Made by a program: the position numbers and the translations under genes. From contig JBGSYF010000029.1 in assembly GCA_041751015.1 (NCBI GenBank), forward strand, positions 64,476-128,475: 64,000 bases of DNA. The letters run 5' to 3'. Source of the stretch: Chitinophagales bacterium. GTDB taxonomy: Bacteria; Bacteroidota; Bacteroidia; Chitinophagales; BACL12. Under the pieces are notes generated by a model. It was not told the origin of the DNA. It made no database searches and saw only the letters and a list, made by a program, of their open reading frames with translations. Below, piece by piece: positions 45,901 through 56,214 of this stretch (position 1 is its first letter; every line of letters begins with the position of its first letter).

Positions 45901-47160
45901 AATGACATCGTTGAACCAAACTCCACCCGATTGAATGTCAACGTGCAAGGTGTTGACGAAATCTGGAAAGAGTCCGTCGTTTGCCTCCCGGCTGTGGTAC
46001 CAGAAGGAAAGGTATGGAGAAAACAAAGCGCTTACATCTATACAAGGGCTGAGGAGCTCCACTCTGTCCTGATCGCCATAGTCGCTCGCGTAGGCATAGA
46101 TGCCAAATCCCGATGTGTGGTCTGCATCCGGTCCGGTTCCAAAGACAAAGAGCGAACCGCTGTTGTAAAACCAATCTTCAAAACCACCATCAAAGGGGTT
46201 GTTGAACCATCCCGGCGGATCGAAGAAACCACCATCAAAGGTCTGAAGATAGGGCGCTGAAACACTGACGATGCTTTCCACATCACTTGTAGAGGCATCA
46301 TTGCCCGGAATCGCATCTCCCGGCAAATCAGTCCATGCTTCCAGGGTGTAAAAGCCAACGGCACCTAAATCTGCCGGAGTAGTAAAATCAAAGGTCTGGG
46401 TAGCACCGCCGGCCAGAACTCCAGGAAAGATTTCCGGACCAGTGACCACTCCATTCACCGAGTAATACATATCAAAACCACTTTGGTCATCGGTGCCCAG
46501 ATTGCTGACCGATACGCTGATGGTCTCCGCAGAAGTCAGGCTGCAACCGGTTTGGGGGGCCAGTATCTCGGTAACCCCAACATCGTTGGGCGGTGGTTGA
46601 TAAAGGACCACGTTGTCCACGGCAATCCAATAACCCCAGCAACCAGCACCATCGTCGTAGATGAAACGAAACTGAAAGGCTGAATTGATGTAAGGGCTCA
46701 GGTCAATATTGGCATGCGGATAGGCACCGGTAACAAAGTCGCAACCCCAGAATCCGCAATCATCCTCGTCTACCAAAAACACCTGCTGCCAGGTTGAACC
46801 GTCAAAAGCTTCGACGGCAAAGTATTCCGTCCCGCAAAAGGAGAGAAAATTGTAGTCGAATTCCAGCCTCACTCCGTCATAAATCGTCAGGTCAATAACA
46901 GGACTGGTGAGAAATGAGGTGAAAGCGGGACTTAAATCACCATTGGCATCGTCATCTACGAAGGCCATATTGGTTCCGTCAATGCTGCTTAAGCCTCCAA
47001 AAAAATCAACATCAACACCGGAAAACCAGCCTAGTCCTCCACCCCCACTCTCCGTAAAGGGGCCGAGATCGATGTCGAAGTTCTCCGCCAGAATGATCTG
47101 AGCGTTGAGTCCGGTGAGCGCTATGCACAAAGACAGACAAATCGTAAAAAGGTGTTTCAT
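43000..47160 (-). CDS. Giant T9SS cargo protein 3: MAM-like / jelly-roll and CARDB-like modules, two Ig-like modules, PKD domain, T9SS C-terminal domain
   Basis: ORF 43000-47241 trimmed to ATG 47160 ('MKHLFTICLSLCIALTGLNAQ'), 1386 aa. The N-terminal 230 aa align with giant protein 1. PKD 'WSWTFGDGGTSSDRDPVHVYSAPGIYDVTLVASN'. CTD 'VNLFPNPAQDWVQING'. Confidence 0.85.
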   Translation of the reverse strand: MKHLFTICLSLCIALTGLNAQIILAENFDIDLGPFTESGGGGLGWFSGVDVDFFGGLSSIDGTNMAFVDDDANGDLSPAFTSFLTSPVIDLTIYDGVRLEFDYNFLSFCGTEYFAVEAFDGSTWQQVFLVDEDDCGFWGCDFVTGAYPHANIDLSPYINSAFQFRFIYDDGAGCWGYWIAVDNVVLYQPPPNDVGVTEILAPQTGCSLTSAETISVSVSNLGTDDQSGFDMYYSVNGVVTGPEIFPGVLAGGATQTFDFTTPADLGAVGFYTLEAWTDLPGDAIPGNDASTSDVESIVSVSAPYLQTFDGGFFDPPGWFNNPFDGGFEDWFYNSGSLFVFGTGPDADHTSGFGIYAYASDYGDQDRVELLSPCIDVSALFSPYLSFWYHSREANDGLFPDFVNTLHVDIQSGGVWFNDVITPIGTELFDWQQMEIDLAPYGSNLRVRFRANTNNGWFEHFIAIDDFEIFDKAPVDVGVTEVLSPESACGLSSAESISVNVRNFGTIDQSGFNIAYRVNGGAISSEPYVGTLLAGANETFTFSSTADFSAEGIFLIESWTDLAGDLATYNDSVSSAVENVPLVNSFPYFENFESGQGGWTIINESFSSWQFGSPAGPNINTPSVPGSVNSFMTNLTGNHNNSERGYVLSPCFDFSSLSAPEILLDINWFCEGNYDGANIQYTLDNGGSWFGIGFVGSPTSENWYTNSSLFGLVWAGFQEGWSNAVFGVGSGGWVRAKEDINFLGGEPAVRFRMVFGSDGSVIYDGVAWDNILIRDKPDNDLAVIDIIAPSNSCALGSSENLVIQIENEGLLPQSGFPVRYRVNGGTVVTETFTGTIPALTTANYTFSTTIDMSMLGDYIIEAWTALAGDEATFNDSISDVITNIVSISSFPYTENFEIPGHGWTSGGVASSWELGLPAGAVILPGTTTGSNSWVTNLDGAYNNSERSYVLSPCLDFSSMANPAVGMDIWWEIESGTFFGPADGAILQYSLDGGSTWQRVGNFGDPGNWYNYSSISSAPGDEPPPAPGWSGTASSGDGSGTWLRAQHLLDGLAGLPSVRLRIAFSSDDFGVFDGFAFDNFGIKDAPAPDLGPDTAFCIGESVVLSPGISGSTYVWNTGATTPTITVSTSGTYWVRVTDSDNFSGIDSIVVAVIEEPIVNLGLDRDFCDGAVLDAGNPGFLYLWNTGATTQTINVDVSGNYSVTVNVPVYGCPVTDDVNLVIISQPTASFLWTSTGTTGYFFDASPQATSWSWTFGDGGTSSDRDPVHVYSAPGIYDVTLVASNECGSTTFSLQVEVVASGIDEVLGSAVNLFPNPAQDWVQINGTYSGDGELEWLLYDASGRLLKVGSENLSPGSWNFTIDLSTIAEGAYLLEMRSGTEQAMFRVFKQ

Positions 47161-47223
47161 AGTTGAGGTCTTGGTGGAGCTTCCTTTGAAAAGTGTAAAA
47201 AATTTTAGCAAAGGACAACGAAC

Positions 47224-47231
47224 CAAAGATA
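47224..47231 (-). promoter_or_regulatory. Candidate -7 promoter box (TATCTTTG) for giant gene 3
   Basis: Matches TAnnTTTG on the minus strand, ~64 nt upstream of ATG 47160. Confidence 0.3.
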
Positions 47232-47353
47232 AGTAACGCATTCAAGCCAATTGTCACGGGATAAGTCAAAAATGCCGCCCTTAACAACACGCTAGCAGAA
47301 CGAGTCAAAAGACTCTGAATAAACAATTAATCAAATGTATAATATATTGACTA

Positions 47354-48244
47354 TCAACGCTTAAATTGAAAAGCCAACGCTCCAGATTCGGCACCAGGGC
47401 TGTAGTCGTAAAAGCCCTCAGAAGACTTAACTCCCAGTTTTCCCGCCATTACCATGTTGACCAACAGGGGGCAAGGCGCGTATTTGGCCTGTCCAAAGCC
47501 GCTGTGCAAAACCCGCAGAATCGATAAACAAACGTCCAAACCGATGAAATCTGCCAGTTGCAGAGGACCCATTGGATGGGCCATACCCAGCTTCATGACC
47601 GTGTCGATCTCGGCAACACCGGCAACTCCTTCATGCAGACTAATGATGGCTTCGTTGATCATCGGCATCAGGATGCGATTGGCTACAAAGCCGGGGTAGT
47701 CATTGACTTCAACGGGCACCTTGCCGAGTTGCTGCGAGAGTTCCATAACCTGTCGGGTAACCTCATCCGATGTGGCGTAGCCGCGAATCACTTCCACCAG
47801 TTTCATCACCGGAACCGGATTCATAAAGTGCATACCAATAACCTTCTCCGGACGGGAGGTCACCGCGGCAATCTGAGTGATGCTGATGCTGGAGGTATTA
47901 GTGGCCAGAATGGCTTGACTCGGAGAGGCTTTGTCAATTTGCCGAAAGATGTCCAGTTTAAGCTCAACTCTCTCCGTTGCAGCCTCAACTACCAAATCTG
48001 CTTTGGCCACAGCATCGCCGAGTGATGTAGCAGTGCTCAGGTTGGACAGCGTCTGATCTTTTTGTTCCATGCTGATCTTTTCCTTGCTCAGCATGCGATC
48101 GAGATTGCGCGTTATGGTTTGCAGAGCGCGCTCCAGCGCCCTGCTGTCCACGTCCACCAAAACCACCTTGAATCCACTCATGGCAAAGACATGGGCAATG
48201 CCATTGCCCATGGTGCCAGCTCCAATAACCGTAATGTTCTTCAT
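47354..48244 (-). CDS. 3-hydroxybutyryl-CoA / 3-hydroxyacyl-CoA dehydrogenase
   Basis: 296 aa. Rossmann motif 'VIGAGTMGNGIAHVFA' and the family C-terminal domain 'GFVANRILMPMINEA...MKLGMAHPMGPLQLADFIGLD'. Confidence 0.9.
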   Translation of the reverse strand: MKNITVIGAGTMGNGIAHVFAMSGFKVVLVDVDSRALERALQTITRNLDRMLSKEKISMEQKDQTLSNLSTATSLGDAVAKADLVVEAATERVELKLDIFRQIDKASPSQAILATNTSSISITQIAAVTSRPEKVIGMHFMNPVPVMKLVEVIRGYATSDEVTRQVMELSQQLGKVPVEVNDYPGFVANRILMPMINEAIISLHEGVAGVAEIDTVMKLGMAHPMGPLQLADFIGLDVCLSILRVLHSGFGQAKYAPCPLLVNMVMAGKLGVKSSEGFYDYSPGAESGALAFQFKR

Positions 48245-48307
48245 GTTGTGTCTGAGAGTTTATCGGCGGAAAGGCTTCCAGTCAATGAACGACTGTTCAG
48301 TCGGTTA

Positions 48308-49129
48308 TCAGTATTGCTCTTGATCCGACGGAAAATCCCCCGATTTTACATCAGTGATATAGTGATCCACCGCACCTTTTATCGCTTCAAACAAGTTGAG
48401 GTAACGGCGCAAAAAACGCGGTGAAAAATCCTTGTTCAAACCCAGCATATCGTGCACCACCAGCACCTGACCATCCACCTGAGCACCTGCGCCTATGCCG
48501 ATTACGGGAATGCGAAGCGCTCTGGCCACTTCGCCTCCGAGACCCGCTGGTATCTTTTCCAACACCAGAGCAAAACATCCCAATTTTTCGAGCAAAAGAG
48601 CGTCTTCCATCAGACGGGTAGCCTCTTCTTCCTCTCTGGCCCTGACCGTATAGGTGCCAAACTTATAGATGCTTTGCGGGGTCAGACCCAGGTGGCCCAT
48701 GACGGGAATTCCCGCCTCCAGTATCTTGTTGATGGCCTTGGCCACTTCGCGCCCCCCTTCGAGCTTCACCGCATGAGCCCCCGCCTCTTTCATGATGCGA
48801 ATGGAAGATTCCAGCGCCTTCATGGGATTGCTCTGATAAGTGCCAAAAGGCAGATCCACCACAACCAGGGTGCGCTGAATAGCCCTGACCACGGAGGAAG
48901 CGTGATAAATCATCTCCTCCAGAGTGATGGGCAGGGTGGTTTCGTGTCCGGCCATCACATTGGAGGCCGAATCTCCGACCAACAGGATGTCTATTCCCGC
49001 CTCGTCCAAGATGCGGGCCATGGAAAAATCATAGGCCGTCAGCATGGATATCTTCTCCCCGTTGTCCTTCATCTCCTGAAGAACATGGGTCGTGATGCGC
49101 TTGTAGTCCTGCCGTTTAGCGGTTGACAT
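48308..49129 (-). CDS. panB: 3-methyl-2-oxobutanoate hydroxymethyltransferase
   Basis: ORF 48308-49249 trimmed to ATG 49129 ('[15 protein letters not shown]'), 273 aa. 'MLTAYD', '[14 protein letters not shown]' and 'VKLEGG'. Confidence 0.92.
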   Translation of the reverse strand: MSTAKRQDYKRITTHVLQEMKDNGEKISMLTAYDFSMARILDEAGIDILLVGDSASNVMAGHETTLPITLEEMIYHASSVVRAIQRTLVVVDLPFGTYQSNPMKALESSIRIMKEAGAHAVKLEGGREVAKAINKILEAGIPVMGHLGLTPQSIYKFGTYTVRAREEEEATRLMEDALLLEKLGCFALVLEKIPAGLGGEVARALRIPVIGIGAGAQVDGQVLVVHDMLGLNKDFSPRFLRRYLNLFEAIKGAVDHYITDVKSGDFPSDQEQY

Positions 49130-49191
49130 GCAGAATAGATTAACCTGTTCCGGGACCTTCAGGTCCTCCACAAGTGGGTACGTAAAGCGAT

Positions 49192-49199
49192 CAAAAGTA
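49192..49199 (-). promoter_or_regulatory. Candidate -7 promoter box (TACTTTTG) for panB
   Basis: Matches TAnnTTTG on the minus strand, 63 nt upstream of ATG 49129. Confidence 0.3.
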
Positions 49200-49323
49200 G
49201 ATAAATCTCCGGATTGGAATGTGGCCGGGCAGTAGCCACCTTGCATCACACGCGCAGGGTAAGGCTGACTAAAATCACCATTTAAGGGGGTCTTTGAAAG
49301 GGCGCAAAGGATTTAAAATGACT

Positions 49324-49331
49324 TAATTTTG
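49324..49331 (+). promoter_or_regulatory. Candidate -7 promoter box (TAATTTTG) for the CRTAC1-like gene
   Basis: Matches TAnnTTTG, 38 nt upstream of ATG 49369. Confidence 0.35.
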
Positions 49332-49368
49332 ACGAGGTTTCTACTCTACCTCATCACCTTCCCAAATC

Positions 49369-51639
49369 ATGCGTCGTTTACTACTACCTGCCTTCCTGGT
49401 TGTGTTTGCTATTCTGGCTTTCGTGGGCTTCAAAATCTACAAAAGCAAATTTCATGTTGAACAATTTGTCATATACGACTATCCTGAGGGATTGAGCAAC
49501 AAAGAGGGCATGCTTGCCTTATTGGACATCAAGAGACGCGAATTTCAAGATCATAGAAACTATTACGCAAACACCGCGCAGCTCGAGCACCTCAATCAGC
49601 AAGATCCTCCTTCAGATTTAGATAAACGCCTTGCTTGGGAATACCGCCGGGCAGAGCAGGCGCTGAATGCCGGGCAGGTTGAAGATGCCATTTCCATTGC
49701 AGAAGCGGCTGTTGCCCTGATGGATGAGAACGATTACGACGGCAAACAATGCCTCAGGCTGCTGGAGCAACTCGGCATTTCCTGGTTTCGTTTGGCTGAA
49801 CTGCAAAACTGCCTGAACAATCACAACGCCGAATCCTGCATATTGCCTTTCACGGAGAATGCCATTCACCGCGAGCAGGACGGTTCTCGAAATGCCATCA
49901 GGGTTTACACCCGCATCATGGAGAGTTATCCGGACAATGCTCTGGCTCAATATATGTTGAATTTATCATATATAACTTTGGGCGAATATCCCGAAGGGGT
50001 TCCCTCAAAGTGGCTTATCAATACCAAGTATCTGGGTCACAGCCACGAATTGCCGCGCTTCAAAAACATTGCCGCTGAATTGGATGTGGAGAGTTTCAGC
50101 ACATCCGGGTCGGCCAATGTGGATGACTTCAATGGCGATGGTTATCTGGATTTGTTCATCTCCGGTTTTGGCTTGACGGAACAAGCACAATTGTTTTTCG
50201 CAGACGGCGCGGGAGGATATACCGAGGTCACCGAGAAAGCCGGCCTAAAGGGCTTGCCCGGTGGCCTGAACACCACCCATTGCGACTACAACAATGATGG
50301 GCATATTGATATATTTATTTTGAGAGGGGGTTGGTGGAATCGCTTTGGTCACGTTCCCAACTCCTTGTTGCGAAACAACGGCGATGGCACCTTTACCGAT
50401 GTGACCAAAGAGGCCGGACTGCTCAGCTTCTACCCCACACAGACAGCCGCGTGGGCCGATTTTGACAACGACGGCTGGCTAGACGTATTCATCGGCAATG
50501 AATCCTCCAAGTTCACCAAGAACAATCCCTGTGAACTCTATCGCAACAACGGCGATGGCACCTTCAGCAACGTGGCCAAAGAAGCGGGAGTTGCTCTGAA
50601 AGGCTACATCAAAGGGGTCACCGCTGGCGACTACAACAACGATGGATTTCCCGACATCTACGTGAGCGTCTATAACGGCGACAATATCCTGCTAAAGAAT
50701 ACCACTCAAAAGTCCGGTCCCATTAGCTTTGAGGATGTTACCGCAGAAACCGGCGTGAAGAAGCCCTTTGACAGCTTTCCAACCTGGTGGTTTGACTACA
50801 ACAATGACGGCCATCTTGACCTTTGCGTCTTGTCTTTTTCGAACAAACCCGAAATGAACCAGGCGGTAGCCGCTGAGATGATCGACGGCAGTTTGAATTT
50901 TGAGACCTCTAAGATCTATCGCAACAACGGGGACGGCAGTTTCACCGATGCAACCGAGGAGCTGGGCTTGAACACGATGATCATGGCCATGGGCAGCAAT
51001 TACGGCGACCTGAATGGCGACGGTTGGCTCGACTTCTTTGTCGGCGTGGGCAACCCGGATCTGACCGCTCTTTTTCCCAATCGCATGTTCCTCAATCGCG
51101 GAGGAAACTCCTTTAGCGATGTGACCATGGATGTGGGTTTCGGACACCTGCAAAAAGGTCATGCCATAGTCTTTGCCGATTTGGACAACGATGGGGATCA
51201 GGATGTTTACGCCAACATGGGTGGAGCGGTTGAAAGCGACTTCTTCCAAAACGCGCTGTTTGAAAACCCGGGCTTTGGAAACCATTGGATCACCCTGAGC
51301 CTTCAGGGCAAGAGCAGTAACCGAAGCGCTATCGGAAGCCGCATCAAACTTGTACTGAAGCAGGAAGACGGAAGCAGACGGGAGATCCATCGCCATCTTA
51401 CAGCAGGTCCCAGTTTTGGCGGCAGTACACTGCGCCAGAACATCGGTCTGGGTAAGGCTGACTCAATTGTACTGGCGGAAATTTACTGGCCCGCAACAGG
51501 CATCACCCAGCGTTTTGAGGGCCTGCCGCGCAATCAATTCCTCCGCATCACCGAGGGAGAGGACAACTATGAGGTCCTCAACTACCCGGCTGTAGTGTTC
51601 GGAAAACCTACACGGGAGGAACTTGTTTTAGCCGAATAA
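49369..51639 (+). CDS. CRTAC1-family protein: N-terminal anchor, TPR-like region, FG-GAP/VCBS repeats, ASPIC/UnbV C-terminal domain
   Basis: 756 aa. Seven Ca-binding-type repeats ('DFNGDGYLDLF', 'DYNNDGHIDIF', 'DFDNDGWLDVF', 'DYNNDGFPDIY', 'DYNNDGHLDL', 'DLNGDGWLDFF', 'DLDNDGDQDVY'). UnbV/ASPIC tail 'GNHWITLSLQGKSSNRSAIGSRIKL'. Confidence 0.88.
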   Translation: MRRLLLPAFLVVFAILAFVGFKIYKSKFHVEQFVIYDYPEGLSNKEGMLALLDIKRREFQDHRNYYANTAQLEHLNQQDPPSDLDKRLAWEYRRAEQALNAGQVEDAISIAEAAVALMDENDYDGKQCLRLLEQLGISWFRLAELQNCLNNHNAESCILPFTENAIHREQDGSRNAIRVYTRIMESYPDNALAQYMLNLSYITLGEYPEGVPSKWLINTKYLGHSHELPRFKNIAAELDVESFSTSGSANVDDFNGDGYLDLFISGFGLTEQAQLFFADGAGGYTEVTEKAGLKGLPGGLNTTHCDYNNDGHIDIFILRGGWWNRFGHVPNSLLRNNGDGTFTDVTKEAGLLSFYPTQTAAWADFDNDGWLDVFIGNESSKFTKNNPCELYRNNGDGTFSNVAKEAGVALKGYIKGVTAGDYNNDGFPDIYVSVYNGDNILLKNTTQKSGPISFEDVTAETGVKKPFDSFPTWWFDYNNDGHLDLCVLSFSNKPEMNQAVAAEMIDGSLNFETSKIYRNNGDGSFTDATEELGLNTMIMAMGSNYGDLNGDGWLDFFVGVGNPDLTALFPNRMFLNRGGNSFSDVTMDVGFGHLQKGHAIVFADLDNDGDQDVYANMGGAVESDFFQNALFENPGFGNHWITLSLQGKSSNRSAIGSRIKLVLKQEDGSRREIHRHLTAGPSFGGSTLRQNIGLGKADSIVLAEIYWPATGITQRFEGLPRNQFLRITEGEDNYEVLNYPAVVFGKPTREELVLAE

Positions 51640-51697
51640 TCCATTCAGAGGTCGGCAGAGGCCGGTCTATCCTGCCGTTCTTGCGGATATTTACCCC

Positions 51698-52732
51698 ATG
51701 CGTGGCCTGTTCATGTTTTTGGCGGGCTTGATTCTGTTGTCCTGCAACAATGAGTTGGATCTCTACGGTTCGGCAGAGGACAGGCCTGTGGTCTGGTGTT
51801 TGCTCAATGCCACAGACAGCATTCACTACATTCGCGTTCAGCGCAGCTTCATACCCGCTGATGAAAATGCCCTGATTGCTGCTGCTACTCCCGGCATCAG
51901 CGACTACCAGTCCCATGAAATCAGGGTGGGCGTTCAGGAATGGTTGAACGAAGAACCCGGTCGCTATTGGGAGGCCGAAAGAGTGGATGGTGACAGCATA
52001 GAACTGATCAAGGAGGAAGGGCTTTTCGCCTCCAGCCCCAACATTCTCTACCGCTTCAAAGATACCCTGCGTCTGAACGCGCGCTACCAACTCCATATCG
52101 AAAACCTGATCGAAGACAGCCTTCACCTGGCAGAAACAGGGCTGGTTGGCCCTTTCCCGTTGTACTTTCCTATTGACCCCGCTGTTCCCTTCAATCTTTC
52201 CGATACCGGACGCTATACCATAGACTGGCTGAGCGCCAGCAGAAGTTATCTCTATGACGCTTTCTATGAGGTTCAATATCAGGAGGAAATCGCCGGTCTT
52301 TGGCATCAGAGAAGCGCGCGCATTCCCCTGTTCAACAACCGCATTCGTCTGGACGACGGAGGATTTGAATTGATGAGAAGCCAGGTTCGCTATGAAGTCT
52401 TCTACACCGGACTTCGCAGTGCCCTGACGCCCGCCCCGCCCCAAAGCCGGCGCTTTGTTCAACTCAATCTGGTGCTGACAGCCTATGGCGAGGAAGTTTA
52501 CCTGCTCTACCTCAACAACTTGAGCAATCTGGGCATAAGCGCCCTGTTTGCCACAGGCATTTACAGCAACCTGAGCGGCGGTCTGGGGGTTTTTTCGAGC
52601 CGAGGTGTCAGCCGCTCGGCCGACATCCTGTTGACCGCCGAAACTCTTGACTCCCTGGCCTGTGGTCGTTTTACCCGGCCATTGGGCTTTAGCCGGCCGG
52701 ATTCCCTGCCCGGCTCCCCGACTTGCCCCTGA
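51698..52732 (+). CDS. DUF4249-like lipoprotein (paralog 1)
   Basis: 344 aa. Lipobox 'LLSC', then 'ELDLYGSAEDRPVVWCLLNATDSIHYIRVQRSF' and the C-terminal 'SGGLGVFSS' motif. The family assignment comes from motif memory only. Confidence 0.6.
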   Translation: MRGLFMFLAGLILLSCNNELDLYGSAEDRPVVWCLLNATDSIHYIRVQRSFIPADENALIAAATPGISDYQSHEIRVGVQEWLNEEPGRYWEAERVDGDSIELIKEEGLFASSPNILYRFKDTLRLNARYQLHIENLIEDSLHLAETGLVGPFPLYFPIDPAVPFNLSDTGRYTIDWLSASRSYLYDAFYEVQYQEEIAGLWHQRSARIPLFNNRIRLDDGGFELMRSQVRYEVFYTGLRSALTPAPPQSRRFVQLNLVLTAYGEEVYLLYLNNLSNLGISALFATGIYSNLSGGLGVFSSRGVSRSADILLTAETLDSLACGRFTRPLGFSRPDSLPGSPTCP

Positions 52733-52865
52733 GTCAACAGCCTACTCGCAGCATCATCTTTCGGGTCGAATGGTCTTTCGACTTAAAAAGTTGACCGGAA
52801 TCTGACGCGGAACACCCGGGTTCTGCCCACCGTTGTGGGTATAAAAAGCGCTATTTTCGCCCCGC

Positions 52866-53936
52866 ATGAATTGCCGCCTGTCCTTTTTACTCATAGTTGC
52901 GCTGTGCCTGATCCTGGGCCATTCCGGTTGTTCAACCGAATTGGATCTCAACGCACCGTTTGTCGAAACTCCTCTGATGTTCGGCTTGTTGGACATCGCG
53001 GAAGACACCCATTACGTGCGCCTCAACCGCACTTTTTTGCGCGAAGGCGAAAGTGCTCTGCTCACAGCACTGGATCCCGAGGAGATCTATTACTCCGCCA
53101 GCATGCAAGTGAGGATAGAGGAATTCAACAATGGCATCTATGTCACTGCCTATCCCATGACTCTGGTGAATGGAGACACTCTTGGCCTGCCCAAAGAAAG
53201 CGGGATCTTTGCCCAGGTGCCCAATCTGTTGTATCGATACATAGGGCAACTCAATCCGGATCTCAGCTACAAAGTCGTGGGTGAAGACAATGTCAATGGC
53301 ATCTTTGTGGCTGCAGAAACCGATGTGCTTGAGGACTTCGACATTGTAAGACCCACGCCAAATCCCACACTCACCAGTTCATTGAGCTTTGCAGGCCTGG
53401 CCGATTATCAGGTCCGCTGGGAGAACTCGCCGGGAGCCAAGGTGTACCAGATGCACATGCGCTTCTATATGCGTGAAACGCTGTCCAGTGACATCAACAT
53501 GGTTCTCAAGGACACGGTTCTGGAATGGACCGTTTTCAATCAGGAGGTAGTCAACAATCCCAACTCTTCCCAGGCCATTGATTTTGATGTTTCCCGCAGT
53601 GGCTTTTACAGCTTCCTGCGCCAGTCTGTTCAGCCGGCAAGTGGCATTGTACGCTTTATTGATTCTGTGGATTTTCTCTTCTACGCAGGAGATGAAGAAT
53701 TATATAGTTTCATTTTATTTAACAGCGCTCAACTCGGTATCACAGTTGATCAGATCACGGCCAATTACACCAATGTCGAAGGGGGGCTTGGGCTTTTGGC
53801 CAGTCGGCATCGCAAAGCGACTCCCAAGTACAAGTTGAACAATCAAACTCTGGACAGCATCGCCTGCGGCTCCCTGACCGGAGGTTTGAATTTCGCCGCG
53901 AGCGGAGACTCGCCCTTATATCCATTCTGCCCCTGA
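52866..53936 (+). CDS. DUF4249-like lipoprotein (paralog 2)
   Basis: 356 aa. Lipobox 'HSGC', 'ELDLNAPFVETPLMFGLLDIAEDTHYVRLNRTF', 'EGGLGLLAS'. Collinear with paralog 1, including the C-terminal 'LDS[LI]ACG...CP' end. Confidence 0.6.
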   Translation: MNCRLSFLLIVALCLILGHSGCSTELDLNAPFVETPLMFGLLDIAEDTHYVRLNRTFLREGESALLTALDPEEIYYSASMQVRIEEFNNGIYVTAYPMTLVNGDTLGLPKESGIFAQVPNLLYRYIGQLNPDLSYKVVGEDNVNGIFVAAETDVLEDFDIVRPTPNPTLTSSLSFAGLADYQVRWENSPGAKVYQMHMRFYMRETLSSDINMVLKDTVLEWTVFNQEVVNNPNSSQAIDFDVSRSGFYSFLRQSVQPASGIVRFIDSVDFLFYAGDEELYSFILFNSAQLGITVDQITANYTNVEGGLGLLASRHRKATPKYKLNNQTLDSIACGSLTGGLNFAASGDSPLYPFCP

Positions 53937-54180
53937 GTATCCCCTCGGCAGACCTTCTTTTTTTCACCATCCTGCGCTTATTTTTTGATTTCATGGTGAA
54001 AGATTACCGTGTCGCTGCCATAATGACGTTTTGGCGTGAAAAACGCCCCTTTGTCAGCCTTCGGGCCCCCATTCGAACCGATAAAGCTCCCTCTGTGCCG
54101 CTTTTGACGCTTTGAACTTGGATGGCACGCTGATTGTGGTGCTTAGAATAGTCAACCCAAAAATTTAAGAACCAGTAGAT

Positions 54181-56112
<1,932 letters not shown>

Positions 56113-56152
56113 TCCCGTGTCTTTTCAGGCACAGTTTATCTGAATAAAAAAA

Positions 56153-56185
56153 GGGCCGTCTCGAAGGAGGCGGCCCTTTTCTTTG
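56153..56185. terminator. Bidirectional rho-independent terminator between dnaK and the convergent gene
   Basis: A7 run, then GGGCCG-tctcgaaggagg-CGGCCC, then TTTTCTTT. The hairpin has U-runs on both strands. Confidence 0.75.
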
Positions 56186-56214
56186 AGTGAATTTACTCAG
56201 GAGTATTAGTCTGC

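Noticed and set aside
51608-52462. 284-aa ORF antisense to DUF4249-like paralog 1. Similar long shadow ORFs occur at 20815-21546, 60455-61273, 41382-42050, 32357-32947, 2661-3554, 12044-12775, 19773-20249 and 24431-25096.
   Set aside because: Every one overlaps, on the opposite strand, a gene with clear family motifs. None has recognisable domains. They are best explained as stop-codon-poor antisense frames.
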